This document shows positions 10,256-21,132 of a stretch of DNA of 64,000 nt, one piece after another. Source of the DNA: Promethearchaeota archaeon. GTDB taxonomy: Archaea > Asgardarchaeota > Lokiarchaeia > Sigyniarchaeales > SOKP01. The notes below the pieces were generated by a model. It was not told the DNA's origin and searched no databases. It saw only the letters and a list, made by a program, of their open reading frames with translations. Numbering within the stretch: the first letter of the stretch is position 1; each line of letters starts with the position of its first letter. The stretch covers positions 448,001 through 512,000 of the forward strand of contig JAHPZA010000010.1 of the NCBI GenBank assembly GCA_019058445.1, read 5' to 3'. Both the position numbers and the translations under genes were made by a program.

Positions 10256-10828
10256 TCAATTTTTGATGTTAGAGCTCCTTTTTGTTTTGTAGTGAGATTT
10301 GTGCAGGTTATGATACTTTTCAAGTGCTTTTTCCCGCCAGACGGTGTTCCAGCGCTTGAATCCGTTTTTTACCAATTTCTCTCGATTATAAAAATCTTTA
10401 GCTACCCAATTAAATAAGATGAAAAATCTTTTTGCCCCGGATTTTTTCGTTAATTTTTTTGATCGAACTCCTAATTCTCGAAGATGCTCTACTAATCTAC
10501 CTTCTACAGCATCTTGTAATCTCCCTTCAATAATTGCAGGTTCAAAATTAATCCCTTCCTCTTCAAAATATGTACGAACTTGGTCAAAAATATTTCCACG
10601 GCATAATAGTATTTTTTCGCTCTCTTTTTCAAAATTTAGATCGTTTAAGCCATCTTTGACTAAATCAACCACAACCTTATAGGGCTCCTTATTTTTCCAA
10701 TTTTCATTTTGAAAAAGATCTAATGGTAGTGTCTTAATTATTAATTCATCAGTTTCTTTTCTTAGAAAGCCAATAAAAGCATCCCCTATTAAATCACCTG
10801 TGCCGCTATCGTCTATTTCGATTGTCAT
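10256..10828 (-). CDS. Conserved archaeal protein with RNase H-like N-terminal motif
   Basis: MTIEIDDSGTGDLIG (probable ATG start at 10828), CRGNIFD. Confidence 0.55.
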   Translation of the reverse strand: MTIEIDDSGTGDLIGDAFIGFLRKETDELIIKTLPLDLFQNENWKNKEPYKVVVDLVKDGLNDLNFEKESEKILLCRGNIFDQVRTYFEEEGINFEPAIIEGRLQDAVEGRLVEHLRELGVRSKKLTKKSGAKRFFILFNWVAKDFYNREKLVKNGFKRWNTVWREKALEKYHNLHKSHYKTKRSSNIKN

Positions 10829-10901
10829 ATTGAGCCATAATTTATTCTTTTTTGATGTGTAAAAATGAATCAATACATTTCAAGCTTTTTTAAAGCTTTT
10901 A

Positions 10902-11753
10902 TTAATATTTGTTCTTTTCACTTTTTTTCATTAAATTTTCTAAGTATTCGATTTGTTTTGAAAAATCACATTTTATTGCGTTTTCTGGACATTTTAAGTG
11001 ACAGATATAACATCTATCACAGTTTTTTATCCAATGGGGATAAGGATTGAGAATAATAGCATCCCATGGGCAAATCTGGGCACATAATCCACACAGAGTA
11101 CATTTTTCTTTAATAAGATGAAATGGAGGAAACCATTCTTGAATCCCTTTCCATGACCACATTTTTGCCGATGCGTTCTCATGAGGCCAGAAATCTATTT
11201 TTTCAGAAATTTTTGGATCCAATGTTTTTTTAATCAAAATTCTCCCAAATTCTTTGGCTTGGTTTAACTCATGCTCATTTGGATGTCCGTACGAAGAAGG
11301 TAACCAACCATACAGACCATTCGAGTTCTTTTGTCTCGCATACAATTGATGGACATCCCAGCCAATCCACTTATCATTACCATCAATTATTTTTAAGCCA
11401 GTTTTATCTAGCACTTTCTTCATTTGATAAAGAGTACTGCCCGGATTTCCTCCACTCGTACAAAATAGAAATCCTTTTTTACCATTTAATGATGGAAAAT
11501 GCTCCAGCTCGAACAAAATATGATAAGGAGGATGAAAATAATAAACAGGAACGCCTATACCTATTAAATCATATTCTTCAAATGGGAATCCTTGAATTAA
11601 TTTTATATCATTTTGATATTTAGTCAAACGAATCAATTCGCAATGACCACCACTCCAAAGTCCTTCAGCAATTTGTTCGGTTATTCTTTTAGTATTTCCA
11701 GTGACGATTTGAGAAAAGTAAAATATTACACAATTAATTGAAGATTCCTTCAT
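10902..11753 (-). CDS. Flavodoxin plus 2x[4Fe-4S] ferredoxin fusion (EFR1-type)
   Basis: YFSQIVTGNT, GVPVY, CTLCGLCAQICP, CDRCYICHLKCP. Confidence 0.85.
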   Translation of the reverse strand: MKESSINCVIFYFSQIVTGNTKRITEQIAEGLWSGGHCELIRLTKYQNDIKLIQGFPFEEYDLIGIGVPVYYFHPPYHILFELEHFPSLNGKKGFLFCTSGGNPGSTLYQMKKVLDKTGLKIIDGNDKWIGWDVHQLYARQKNSNGLYGWLPSSYGHPNEHELNQAKEFGRILIKKTLDPKISEKIDFWPHENASAKMWSWKGIQEWFPPFHLIKEKCTLCGLCAQICPWDAIILNPYPHWIKNCDRCYICHLKCPENAIKCDFSKQIEYLENLMKKSEKNKY

Positions 11754-11814
11754 GCAAAAATATGAATTAATAAAGAAATATAACTTTTAATTTTAAAAAA
11801 TATTTCAATCAATA

Positions 11815-12999
11815 ATGATTCCACGTGAACGGATTTTAAAAACTCTTGATCATGATGAACCAGATAAAGTTCCTTATTGGGAGCATCTAATTGAACAACC
11901 AAAACTTGCAAAATTATTACTTTTAAAAAAACATAAAGATAAAAAAAAAGAATTAGAACTATACTCGAAAGAAACAAAAAGACCTGAATTTAATAGAAAA
12001 ACATTAAAAAAGCTTGGTTATGATTCCATTGTTGTAAAACCACTGATTGATGGCGCAAAGAATTATTTTAAACTCTATATTAAGTTAAAAGTAGATATGG
12101 GGACCTTTCCCATTGGTCCTTATAGTAACTTTAATTACGTGCCTCCTGATAAAGTTATTTCGTCCTTTGGTCAAGTTTATCAAATGAAACAAGGTAAGGG
12201 TTATTTTGATATTTATTATTCAGGAGGAAATTTTACAAAAGAAAATTATGAAGAGAATTTTTCTAAAATTAATCCTGAAGAACCACTTATCACACCCTTA
12301 TTTGAAAAGATAATTCAAAATACACCTGAGAATAAGATTTATGTAATTCCCGGAATTTTCAGCGGTTTGTTTCAATCTGTTTTAGAAGGTTTTGGTATTG
12401 AGTCCTTTTCAAGAATGATTGTAAAGGAAAAGGAGTTTATGAGGAGAGTTATTAGCGACCGTGAAAAGCTGTTTTCAAATATTATCAAGCAATGTATTGA
12501 TAACTTTGAACGAATCGCGTTTTTTATTGGAGACGATTTGGCATATAATAGTGGCCCTTTTGTATCACCAAGAATTTTTAATGAAATGTTTTTACCTTCA
12601 TATAAACGAATATCCAAGATGGCACGCAAAAGAGGTGTAAAGTTAATATTTCATTCCGATGGCGATATATTACCTCTAATTGATGGACTCATTGAATGCT
12701 TTGACGCAATCCATCCGTGGCAGGCATCAGCTCATATTGATATAACTGAAATTAAAAAACAGTATGGAGATAAAGTATGTATTATGGGAAATGTTCCTGT
12801 GGCCATGTTAATCCATGAAAAACCAAGTAAAATTTCAAGTTATGTAAAACTTTTATTAAAAGAATGCGCACCCGGAGGAGGGTATTTTATGAGCTCCGGA
12901 AATTCAGTTGTACCACAGGTTCCAATAAGGAAATATATGGCAATGTTGCGAACTTTTTGGCGATATAGAAGTTATCCCATAAAAATTTCTAATTTTTAG
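11815..12999 (+). CDS. Uroporphyrinogen decarboxylase / methylcobamide methyltransferase family protein
   Basis: EPDKVP, GDDLAY, FHSDG, IMGNV, GGGYFMSSGN. Confidence 0.85.
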   Translation: MIPRERILKTLDHDEPDKVPYWEHLIEQPKLAKLLLLKKHKDKKKELELYSKETKRPEFNRKTLKKLGYDSIVVKPLIDGAKNYFKLYIKLKVDMGTFPIGPYSNFNYVPPDKVISSFGQVYQMKQGKGYFDIYYSGGNFTKENYEENFSKINPEEPLITPLFEKIIQNTPENKIYVIPGIFSGLFQSVLEGFGIESFSRMIVKEKEFMRRVISDREKLFSNIIKQCIDNFERIAFFIGDDLAYNSGPFVSPRIFNEMFLPSYKRISKMARKRGVKLIFHSDGDILPLIDGLIECFDAIHPWQASAHIDITEIKKQYGDKVCIMGNVPVAMLIHEKPSKISSYVKLLLKECAPGGGYFMSSGNSVVPQVPIRKYMAMLRTFWRYRSYPIKISNF

Positions 13000-13051
13000 T
13001 TTAAGCAATTAACAAAAACTCATCAAATAGCTAATATGAATGTGTGAGAAA

Positions 13052-13684
13052 TTATTTTAATTTAATTCCTAATGTATTTTCTACAACATTGGGTAGCAGA
13101 TTATATATTGAATTATCAATTAGATTTTCAAAATAATTTTTTATTTCTAGATATTTCTGCCATTTCAACAATAATGGAACTCCTAAAGGAATTTTACTTT
13201 TTAAATTATAGCGCAATGCTACATCAATTAGTCGTTTTTCAATCAAAACATATTTGTCTCCCATAGATATGCAATCACATAATTGGATTAATCTATCATA
13301 ATCATTATATTTACAATTTACAAGGTAAGTTTCAATAAAGTATAGTTCCTTTTTACTACAGTCCCATTCACCTATATTAGAATTAATATCCTTATTAGGG
13401 AAACAATGAGTAATACAAATCCGGGCTAATTCCTCATAACCTTTCGCTTTTAAGAAATTATATCCATCGATAGTATGGCGATCTTGCGTTAATCCCGCGA
13501 TTCTACCTATATCATGGACTAAGCCCATTATGTATGCAGTATGACTGTTAAGACTATCTATTTCCTTTGCGATAATTTTTGCCGCATTAGCAACAACTTC
13601 ACTATGCTTTACCCAAGGACCTGGATTCCGTTTAAATCCTTCATTTAACCAATTTTTAACATTTTTAACATTAGGTAATTTCAT
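13052..13684 (-). CDS. HD-domain phosphohydrolase
   Basis: WVKHS…GLVHDIGR…H…LCD. Confidence 0.85.
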   Translation of the reverse strand: MKLPNVKNVKNWLNEGFKRNPGPWVKHSEVVANAAKIIAKEIDSLNSHTAYIMGLVHDIGRIAGLTQDRHTIDGYNFLKAKGYEELARICITHCFPNKDINSNIGEWDCSKKELYFIETYLVNCKYNDYDRLIQLCDCISMGDKYVLIEKRLIDVALRYNLKSKIPLGVPLLLKWQKYLEIKNYFENLIDNSIYNLLPNVVENTLGIKLK

Positions 13685-13989
13685 AATTAACCACTATATT
13701 AATCAATATAAGGTAAGTATTTCAAATATAATAAGTTGAATAAATATTAAAAGAAAAATTAATTCTATTCGCATTTTTCTTTATGTACTTTTCTTAATAT
13801 AGTTCTAGGGATTTGTACCATAAGTTCCTATGGTATAAGATATTATTATTGTAAGTACGTTTTATTAATATAAAAGTTTTTCAAAAGAACTTCTTAATCC
13901 TTAAGATAAAACCGAAAACTCTCTATTAATCAAATAAGAACGTATTAATCAATATTTTAATATTATATCAACAATTTCTTTAAACTAAC

Positions 13990-14784
13990 ATGATTGTAGA
14001 ACTTTTAGTAATTGGAAATGAAATCCTTATAGGAAAGACTCAAGATACTAATTCTAATTATATGGCAAAAAGGATAACAAAATATGGGCATAAAATCAGG
14101 AGGATTACCGCTGTAGGAGATGAGTTAGAAGAAATTTCAAATGCTATGAGAGAAGCTATTAACCGTAAGCCGGACTTGATAATTGTATGTGGCGGATTAG
14201 GGCCAACATTTGATGATATGACGCTACAAGGTATTGCTCAAGCTTTAAACACAGAATTAGAGTTAAACCAACACGCCTATGATTCAATCAAAAGAAGATA
14301 TGAAGCAGCATATGAGCGAGGTATCCTTAAATTAGATGGAATGACCAAAGAAAGGGAAAAGATGGCCTATTTGCCGAAAGGATCTACACCATTGCCAAAC
14401 GAAAGAGGAACTGCTCCAGGAGTAAAAATTAAAGAGGGTGACACACTAATTTTTTGTCTTCCTGGAGTGCCCATGGAAATGAAAAGTATGTTTAAAATCG
14501 TAATCATTCCGATTTTAAAAGAAAAGAAAGGGAAATTTATGGAAAAGAGCTTTTTTTTCACAGGTATTGGGGAAAGTCAAATTGCTCCGTATGTTACTGA
14601 GGTAGAAGAGAAATATCCTAAACTGTGGATAAAAACTCATCCAAGATTAGGGGAATACGGGGCTGAAATTGAAGTTTCCATTACTGCATTTAATGTGGAA
14701 AATGCTGAGGAGCTAGCTGATAAAGTAATTGATGAATTAAAAGAAATCGTAATCCATCTCGACGGCAAAATTAAAGAATCTTAA
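13990..14784 (+). CDS. CinA-like molybdopterin-binding-domain protein (COG1058)
   Basis: IGNEILIGKTQDTN, GGLGPTFDD, GTAPG, LPGVP. Confidence 0.88.
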   Translation: MIVELLVIGNEILIGKTQDTNSNYMAKRITKYGHKIRRITAVGDELEEISNAMREAINRKPDLIIVCGGLGPTFDDMTLQGIAQALNTELELNQHAYDSIKRRYEAAYERGILKLDGMTKEREKMAYLPKGSTPLPNERGTAPGVKIKEGDTLIFCLPGVPMEMKSMFKIVIIPILKEKKGKFMEKSFFFTGIGESQIAPYVTEVEEKYPKLWIKTHPRLGEYGAEIEVSITAFNVENAEELADKVIDELKEIVIHLDGKIKES

Positions 14785-14838
14785 ACACTATCCACAAGAA
14801 TACCAATGGTTTAAAACTGATTTGTAATTATCATAATC

Positions 14839-15567
14839 ATGGAATTCTTTATCATTAATTTATTATATTTCGTCATTGCTATTCCAATTGTGTTGATAGC
14901 ATTTCCTATTCTTTTAAAATTATGTAGAGATAAACAATTTAAATATATAATTCTTATACTGAGCCTTCTATTATTTTCAGTTAGATTTATCCTAATTTTT
15001 TTTCAGGATACAATTGGAATTATGCCTTACTTAATTGAGGATGTGATCTTTTATGGTTTATTGATGATATTTGGTGTTATTTTTACTTGGGTGTACGTCT
15101 TTAAAATAGAACAAGTGTCCTTTTGTAATATTGGGGGAAAAGTTGAGAATGTTAAAAAGAGTATTATTTATGGCTTAATGGCTTATATCCCTCTCTTATG
15201 TTTACTTCCTGTAATGAAATTATTAACGGGGATTCATATTTCTTTCAACATTACATTAGGTAAAATACTAGTTGCCATTTCTTTCGCAGTACTAGCTGGC
15301 ATTTATGAAGAATTTCTGTTCAGAGGTGTAATTCAAAACCATTTTATGGAAATAACAAAATACAAGATAAATAAATCGATATGGTTAACATCTATTACTT
15401 TTACGTTAACTCACCTATTTTACTTGCCTTTTACAGGCTTTGGGATATATTATATTTTCGTTTTTATAATGGCATTGATACTGAGTTTTTTAAGAGCAAA
15501 ATGCGATTTGTTGGCGTGTTCCATACTCCATAGTGGGATCGTGTTTATCTTAGTAGTTTTTGTATAA
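14839..15567 (+). CDS. CPBP/Abi (CAAX-like) intramembrane metalloprotease
   Basis: EEFLFRG, FTLTH, ILH motifs within TM helices. Confidence 0.85.
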   Translation: MEFFIINLLYFVIAIPIVLIAFPILLKLCRDKQFKYIILILSLLLFSVRFILIFFQDTIGIMPYLIEDVIFYGLLMIFGVIFTWVYVFKIEQVSFCNIGGKVENVKKSIIYGLMAYIPLLCLLPVMKLLTGIHISFNITLGKILVAISFAVLAGIYEEFLFRGVIQNHFMEITKYKINKSIWLTSITFTLTHLFYLPFTGFGIYYIFVFIMALILSFLRAKCDLLACSILHSGIVFILVVFV

Positions 15568-15609
15568 ATGGAATTAAATTTTATTCTAAAAACCTTAGGA
15601 TGAGATTTT

Positions 15610-15681
15610 TGATGCCAACGCGCAGTTGGAATTCTCAATAAACACTCACTTATAGTGTTTATGCTTATATCATTGACATCA
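15610..15681 (-). promoter_or_regulatory. Eukaryote-like SECIS element in the selD 3' UTR
   Basis: ATGAT…TGAG core, helix ATAAGCAT/GTGTTTAT, unpaired AAA, mini-helix CACT/AGTG, lower helix TGATGTCA/TGGCATCA, starting right after the stop codon. Confidence 0.8.
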
Positions 15682-16710
15682 TTAAATTTTAGTAACTTCA
15701 ATGTATTCGACATTTTCTGAGACTTTAACAAGACCAGGTCCGGTTTTTTCAATTGTACCTACAATCCAATTAGAAACTCCATTACTAGCTAATGCATTTG
15801 AGAAATCTTCGATCATAGAGGGATAAACAGACATAATCATCCCTCCCGCAGTTTCATGACATTGGCAGTTATCAAAAGCATATCCTAAATCCTCGGAAAG
15901 TTCTTTTGCAAGTTTAATATTTGGAACTCTTTCAATTACTGCAGAAAATGGAGAATTTTGAAGCATTTCCTGTGTATGTCCCGCGAGTCCAAATCCTGTT
16001 ACATCTGACATTGCATGAATGAATGAAAAATCTTCATAGGAATGTATGGTTTTTACAACATTCTGATTTGGAGTCGTCATGATCTTAATAGCCAATCTGA
16101 TTGATGCTTTTAATTCAGTAATAGAATATTCGTTAAGCATTTCAGGCACATTTTTTAATACTCGATAAGCAGCCATTACGCCTTGGATTCCAATTGGTTT
16201 TGTTAATATCAATTTATCACCTTTCTTCACTCCACTTTTAGGTATAATTTTATCCTTTTGAACAAATCCAGACGCCTCACCACCAATTAATGGCCATTCG
16301 CTATAAATAGTATGCCCTCCGACTACTTGAGAATTAATCTTGTTTTCCATAAAATTTTTAATTCCTTTAAGAATCCCTTCAGATATTTCATCGGGAGTAG
16401 ATGTTTGAACTGCCAAAAAAACAAGCATACCGGATATTTCTGGGACATTCATCGCAAAAACATCATTAGTAACGTTACAAGCCGCAATTTCTCCCATGAT
16501 ATCAGGCTCATCTATAATTGGAGTCATAATATCAAGATTTTTAACTAAAACTAATTCACTATTCGGTATTGGTAGTACAGCAGCATCTTCAATATCACCG
16601 GTTAAACCTGCTCTCGTTAATAGATTTTCTAAGCTATTTGGTCCAAGTTTGCATGATCATCCATGTATCTTTACTTGTTGAGTTAATCTATAACCTTCAC
16701 TCTTTTTCAT
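15682..16710 (-). CDS. selD: Selenide, water dikinase (selenophosphate synthetase), selenoprotein
   Basis: ATG 16710: MKKSEGYRLTQQVKIHG-U-SCKLG…EDAAV, in frame with the downstream GGHT and DVTGFGLAGH motifs; TGA at 16657-16659. Confidence 0.93.
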
Positions 16711-16843
16711 TCTACACCTCATATATTATGTAATTCTTTATTATGAATTTTTTGAATAATTATAATTTAATATATTAATAATTGCTTTTTTATCTTCAGT
16801 TTATAATTCAATACAAATTTAAAAATTTAAAATTTCAAAATAA

Positions 16844-19777
16844 TTAAGGTAAAAGAAGATTTATCTTTTTAGCCATTTTTCTTTGAATATTAAATGGATC
16901 TTTGTAGTATACTTTGAGATTTATCTCATCAGCACGGGGATCTAACAGATTCTTTCTTACACTTCTATCAATCTTTAAAACATAATTGAATTTAAAAATA
17001 TTGCCGGTTTTCAGCTCATTTAGATGGAGATACTTGGGAAATGATTCTTTCTTCAGAAATTTAAGATAATTAGGAAATGCTAAAGAAATTTGTAAATCCT
17101 TATAATTATAATTAGAGGGATTATTTAATTTAAAGTTTAAATAAATTTTATTGCCAATTGTTTTGATATTTTTAAAAAATAAGAGAGTCTGACTATCTTG
17201 AATATATTCTTCAACAACTCTGGAGAAAAGAGTGTCATTTATAATTTTTGCTTTTAATTTTTCTTGTTTTATAAATTTTAGAATCATCTCTTTTAGAAAA
17301 TCTATTTCTAAGCTCATATACGAAGAAAGTAAATCGAGCTTAATAGGATTCATAATTTTCAAATAATATTTTATTTGAGAGAGAATAAGTTTATCTTCAA
17401 ATTTTCTATTAAAATAGTGTAATTTGTTGACAATTAATTCCTTGGAATCATTCCACTTATCAAGGTAAGGTCGTACAAATAAATTAAACACGTTATTGTC
17501 CAACTCTTTGCCTATAATACTCTCAATTTGATTTTCTGTTTCGCTAATAAAAGTTTGTAATTGATTTGATTTCATATCAATTAATTTCTGTACATTAGAA
17601 AACTCATTTTTATTGATAAGGAAGTTTAATTTAGGATGAAATTCTTCAAAATTATCATTAAATTTCCTTATTACTTCAATTCCATGTGATATTACTGAAA
17701 CTATATGTCCTTGTAGAATTTGCACTGCTATTTCATTATTTATTCCGCTTTTAATATCTGAAAGATTAGAAGTTTCTTGAACATTAAAATAATCATTGAC
17801 TATTGTATCTTTTACCACTTTAATCTGTCTATCAAAATCATTTAAATATTTTTGAATCTCTATTTTAACAGCAATCCATTTTCTTATCAATTCTTTAAAG
17901 ATCTCATCGAATTCTAAATTATGAATTAGCAATTCTCTAATATTCACATCTAACCTAAACATATTTTTTCTAATTTGAGTTATATACGCGAATTTTTCAT
18001 CAGTATCTTTCTCATCATCAGTGATAAAATCGGATAAATCTGTTTCTAAATTAAAATTCAAATTATTACTTTTTACAAAATCAAATTGAGAGCTTAACAC
18101 ATCTATTCTATCATCTAAAATCTTAATTTTATTTTCTAAGGTAGATCTGAAGTTATCTCTTTGTTCTTCACAAATTTCTGAAATAAAACCTTTGATTATA
18201 CTTAGTTCATCAATGATCTGAACTTTAGTTTCTTCCCACTCTTCTAATAACTCAAATGCTAATCTTTTGAATTCAAAAGTGTTAATAATATTATTAAATT
18301 TATTTATCTTCTTTAGAATTTCATCATACCTTGTATTTAATTGGATCTCCGTTTCATTAAACTTAAAATCTTCTATATAAGAATTTAGAATATTTCTAAA
18401 TTGCGCAGGTATCTTCCGAAACTCTACGATTTTTTCATGAAATGAAGATAACTTATTATCTATTTCCTCTATGTGCTTATCTATATTTTTAAAAGTTTCT
18501 TTGATTTTACTAATACATAACATTAATTCTTCCTTGACTTCATAATCTCTTTCTCTCGATAACGCTTTATTAAATTCAATAGCTATCCACACTGCTAACT
18601 TGTGATTTTTTAGAATAAAACAGATATTACTTAATAAAGTTATGGTTTTTTTTCTTTCTCTCCAATATTTTGACTCTAAACTATAAAGGATTTTAATAAT
18701 TTCGTTCTCAATCTCAATTTGATACTCTTCAAACAGTCGCTTAAATACTAAAGCTATTCCTTCTCTTATATTTTCAGAGGGATTCTCTAATTCTTCAAAG
18801 ATATAGGGAAATATTTCATCAATATGGGTTTGACCTAAATGATACATTGCGTTAATGAGGTTATTACGAAGTTCATGATCGCTTGTATCTAGCGAATTTA
18901 TTATATTTGACCAAATTTGATCAAAATTATTTTGGGCAATATTAACTAAAGATTCTACTACCTTAAGTTGAATTCTATAATCATTCTTATTTAAAAGTTT
19001 AATTAATTTAGGAATTATCGGAATTATTTCTGACGATTTTTCTTTTCCGATTTCACCAAATAACCATATAATTAATTCCTTAACTCGAGGCTTCTCATTA
19101 TAAAGAAGATTTAATAAAACGTAGAAAATTTTATCTTTAGAAAGAAAATAAGTCCCCAGATTTTTTAAAAGATCGGCAGCTCCTCGCGCTACATCATCAT
19201 CCTCATCTCTTAAATTTACAATAACCATTGAAAGTAACGGTTCAAGATCCCTGATTTTTGTATAATCTTGATTCAAAATCTTTTTAATGGTTTTCATAAC
19301 ATGGAATTTAACTTTCCAATCATTTTCCATTAATTTTTCATTAAATTCCTCAATCAAATCCTTCAGTTCCTCCGAATCAATGTGTAAGGATAAGATTAAA
19401 TTTCCCATTAATTTCACAGTAATTCTTCTTACTGAAACATCATGGTCATATAACCTTGCCCTAATTTTATTTAATAATTCCAACATTAGATTAGGACGGA
19501 ACATAGAAATTTGATATAGAATTTCAACAGATACTAATCTAATCCAAGAATCAGAATCGCTAATAAATTTTTCAATACTTTTAATCGTTTTTAAGGAAAT
19601 AGCTGGGCTTTTATCACAAACTAAGCTTAATAGACTTAGAGTTTTATAAATGATTTCTTTATTAGACTCAATAGACAAAACTCTAAAGATTTCCTCAGCG
19701 GCTTTTAAATGTAAGCCAGCTAAGATCATTTTTTCGATTAACTTGGTATCGAATGTCTGAGTCGTCACGCTTATCAA
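16844..19777 (-). CDS. Large HEAT-repeat protein with coiled-coil middle, PCI-like winged helix and C-terminal beta-sandwich
   Basis: Repeated LxDxDxxVR HEAT motifs; IKLDLLSSYMSLEIDFLKEMILKFIKQEKLKAKI; beta-rich tail (LNNPSNYNYKDLQI…LNELKTG). Confidence 0.7.
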   Translation of the reverse strand: MISVTTQTFDTKLIEKMILAGLHLKAAEEIFRVLSIESNKEIIYKTLSLLSLVCDKSPAISLKTIKSIEKFISDSDSWIRLVSVEILYQISMFRPNLMLELLNKIRARLYDHDVSVRRITVKLMGNLILSLHIDSEELKDLIEEFNEKLMENDWKVKFHVMKTIKKILNQDYTKIRDLEPLLSMVIVNLRDEDDDVARGAADLLKNLGTYFLSKDKIFYVLLNLLYNEKPRVKELIIWLFGEIGKEKSSEIIPIIPKLIKLLNKNDYRIQLKVVESLVNIAQNNFDQIWSNIINSLDTSDHELRNNLINAMYHLGQTHIDEIFPYIFEELENPSENIREGIALVFKRLFEEYQIEIENEIIKILYSLESKYWRERKKTITLLSNICFILKNHKLAVWIAIEFNKALSRERDYEVKEELMLCISKIKETFKNIDKHIEEIDNKLSSFHEKIVEFRKIPAQFRNILNSYIEDFKFNETEIQLNTRYDEILKKINKFNNIINTFEFKRLAFELLEEWEETKVQIIDELSIIKGFISEICEEQRDNFRSTLENKIKILDDRIDVLSSQFDFVKSNNLNFNLETDLSDFITDDEKDTDEKFAYITQIRKNMFRLDVNIRELLIHNLEFDEIFKELIRKWIAVKIEIQKYLNDFDRQIKVVKDTIVNDYFNVQETSNLSDIKSGINNEIAVQILQGHIVSVISHGIEVIRKFNDNFEEFHPKLNFLINKNEFSNVQKLIDMKSNQLQTFISETENQIESIIGKELDNNVFNLFVRPYLDKWNDSKELIVNKLHYFNRKFEDKLILSQIKYYLKIMNPIKLDLLSSYMSLEIDFLKEMILKFIKQEKLKAKIINDTLFSRVVEEYIQDSQTLLFFKNIKTIGNKIYLNFKLNNPSNYNYKDLQISLAFPNYLKFLKKESFPKYLHLNELKTGNIFKFNYVLKIDRSVRKNLLDPRADEINLKVYYKDPFNIQRKMAKKINLLLP

Positions 19778-19921
19778 ATAAAGAAATAATTTTATTTACC
19801 AAAGAAATTTTGATAATAACATATATAAAAATGTTTTTCAAAAAGAACATGAAAAGTTAGTCTTAAATATATTTTCTTATCAAATCTAACTTATCAATAA
19901 AAAAGAGAAAAAAAAAGAAAT

Positions 19922-20470
19922 TTACTCATTTAATTCAATGATAGCTGTGCCAGGAGTGGCAACTCTTTCTCGATACGTTAAAGTACCCTCATCGACTTCT
20001 CTAGTTTTAACTAATCCACGTTCAATATCCTTTTCTGTAACATAACCTCTCTCACCAGCCTCAAATTGTTTTACAATATTTCCATCTTTATCTTTTATGT
20101 CAACATAAGTAAATGTTGTTTGTGTCATATCAAAATACACTCTTTTTCCATCAATCTTAGTAATCTTTGCTTCCGTGACAAGAAGGTCTCCACATCTTAC
20201 CATTCCACGCATCTCCACATCTGTTTCAATTAATTTTCCATATTTCCCATATTCTAGAAAATCCTCAAATAATTTGGTTACAAAACCATATGAAAATAAT
20301 CCATGAGCAATTATTCCCTTTAGTCCTGCCTTCTCGGCTACAACATCGTTTGTGTGAATAGGATTGGTATCCCCACTCCATTTAGCATAATCTCTCAGAA
20401 GTTTTCGATCAATTTGATCAAATTCATCTTTAATAATTTGTCCTACTTTTAGATCTGCAATTTTTACCAT
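19922..20470 (-). CDS. MaoC-family (R)-specific hydratase, catalytic subunit
   Basis: YAKWSGDTNPIH…GIIAHG. Confidence 0.9.
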   Translation of the reverse strand: MVKIADLKVGQIIKDEFDQIDRKLLRDYAKWSGDTNPIHTNDVVAEKAGLKGIIAHGLFSYGFVTKLFEDFLEYGKYGKLIETDVEMRGMVRCGDLLVTEAKITKIDGKRVYFDMTQTTFTYVDIKDKDGNIVKQFEAGERGYVTEKDIERGLVKTREVDEGTLTYRERVATPGTAIIELNE

Positions 20471-20471
20471 T

Positions 20472-20969
20472 TTAATAACCTCCTGGCCTAATGGCCGCGC
20501 TAACTACTGGTCTACATACCAACTCATCATTTTGATTCTTTACTTCTACAATTAATTGGGCAAACAAAATCATATTTGCCTCTACCAACCAAACCTTGCC
20601 CCATTTTCCTGTTGCTGTAAGTCTATCTCCAGGTCTGATGTCTACACATCCATCCCAGTTATATTTTTGACTCGCATGTAATAGTTTACCAAGATTGAGT
20701 ATAAAATCGCGTTCTTTCCCATCTTGCACTAGTTTCATGCCAAGGAGTAATGTATAAAGAGATTTTATCGTGTAATGATTCGCAAATGCATGGCACGCTA
20801 TAACTTCCTCTTCCGAACCTACATATTTAGGATCTTTAATTCCAAACACTTTTGCAAAATTTACTAATGATTTATATCTAACTGTGAGAGAATGAGATCC
20901 CGGTATTTCCTTTCCTGAAAGGTTCTCAATTAGGAATTGGGCATTTTTTTTCATTTCTGCTTCATCCAT
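20472..20969 (-). CDS. MaoC-like hot-dog protein, probable partner subunit
   Basis: FAKVFGIKDP, LLHASQ, IRPGD, NQNDELV; lies 1 bp upstream of maoC. Confidence 0.75.
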   Translation of the reverse strand: MDEAEMKKNAQFLIENLSGKEIPGSHSLTVRYKSLVNFAKVFGIKDPKYVGSEEEVIACHAFANHYTIKSLYTLLLGMKLVQDGKERDFILNLGKLLHASQKYNWDGCVDIRPGDRLTATGKWGKVWLVEANMILFAQLIVEVKNQNDELVCRPVVSAAIRPGGY

Positions 20970-21132
20970 TTTGGATTCACTTAAATTTTTGCTATTTATA
21001 ATTTTTATTTTAGTTATTGATTTTATATTTAAAATTTAATTTAACAAAATTTTAATATTTATTGAGAAATGATAAAAGAAGATATCTTATCATAATTGTA
21101 TATCTTTCTTTTTTGTTTAAAACTAGTGAGTA

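Noticed and set aside
13815-13834. Inverted repeat TACCATA-N6-TATGGTA between the HD and cinA-like genes
   Set aside because: Single 7-bp repeat in AT-rich DNA with no second copy or cognate regulator nearby; could be chance
15450-15752. 100-aa minus-strand ORF
   Set aside because: Overlaps the selD end, the SECIS and the CPBP gene; no recognisable motifs
16657-16659. selD as a nonsense pseudogene
   Set aside because: TGA falls exactly on the catalytic Cys/Sec position and a SECIS-like element follows the gene
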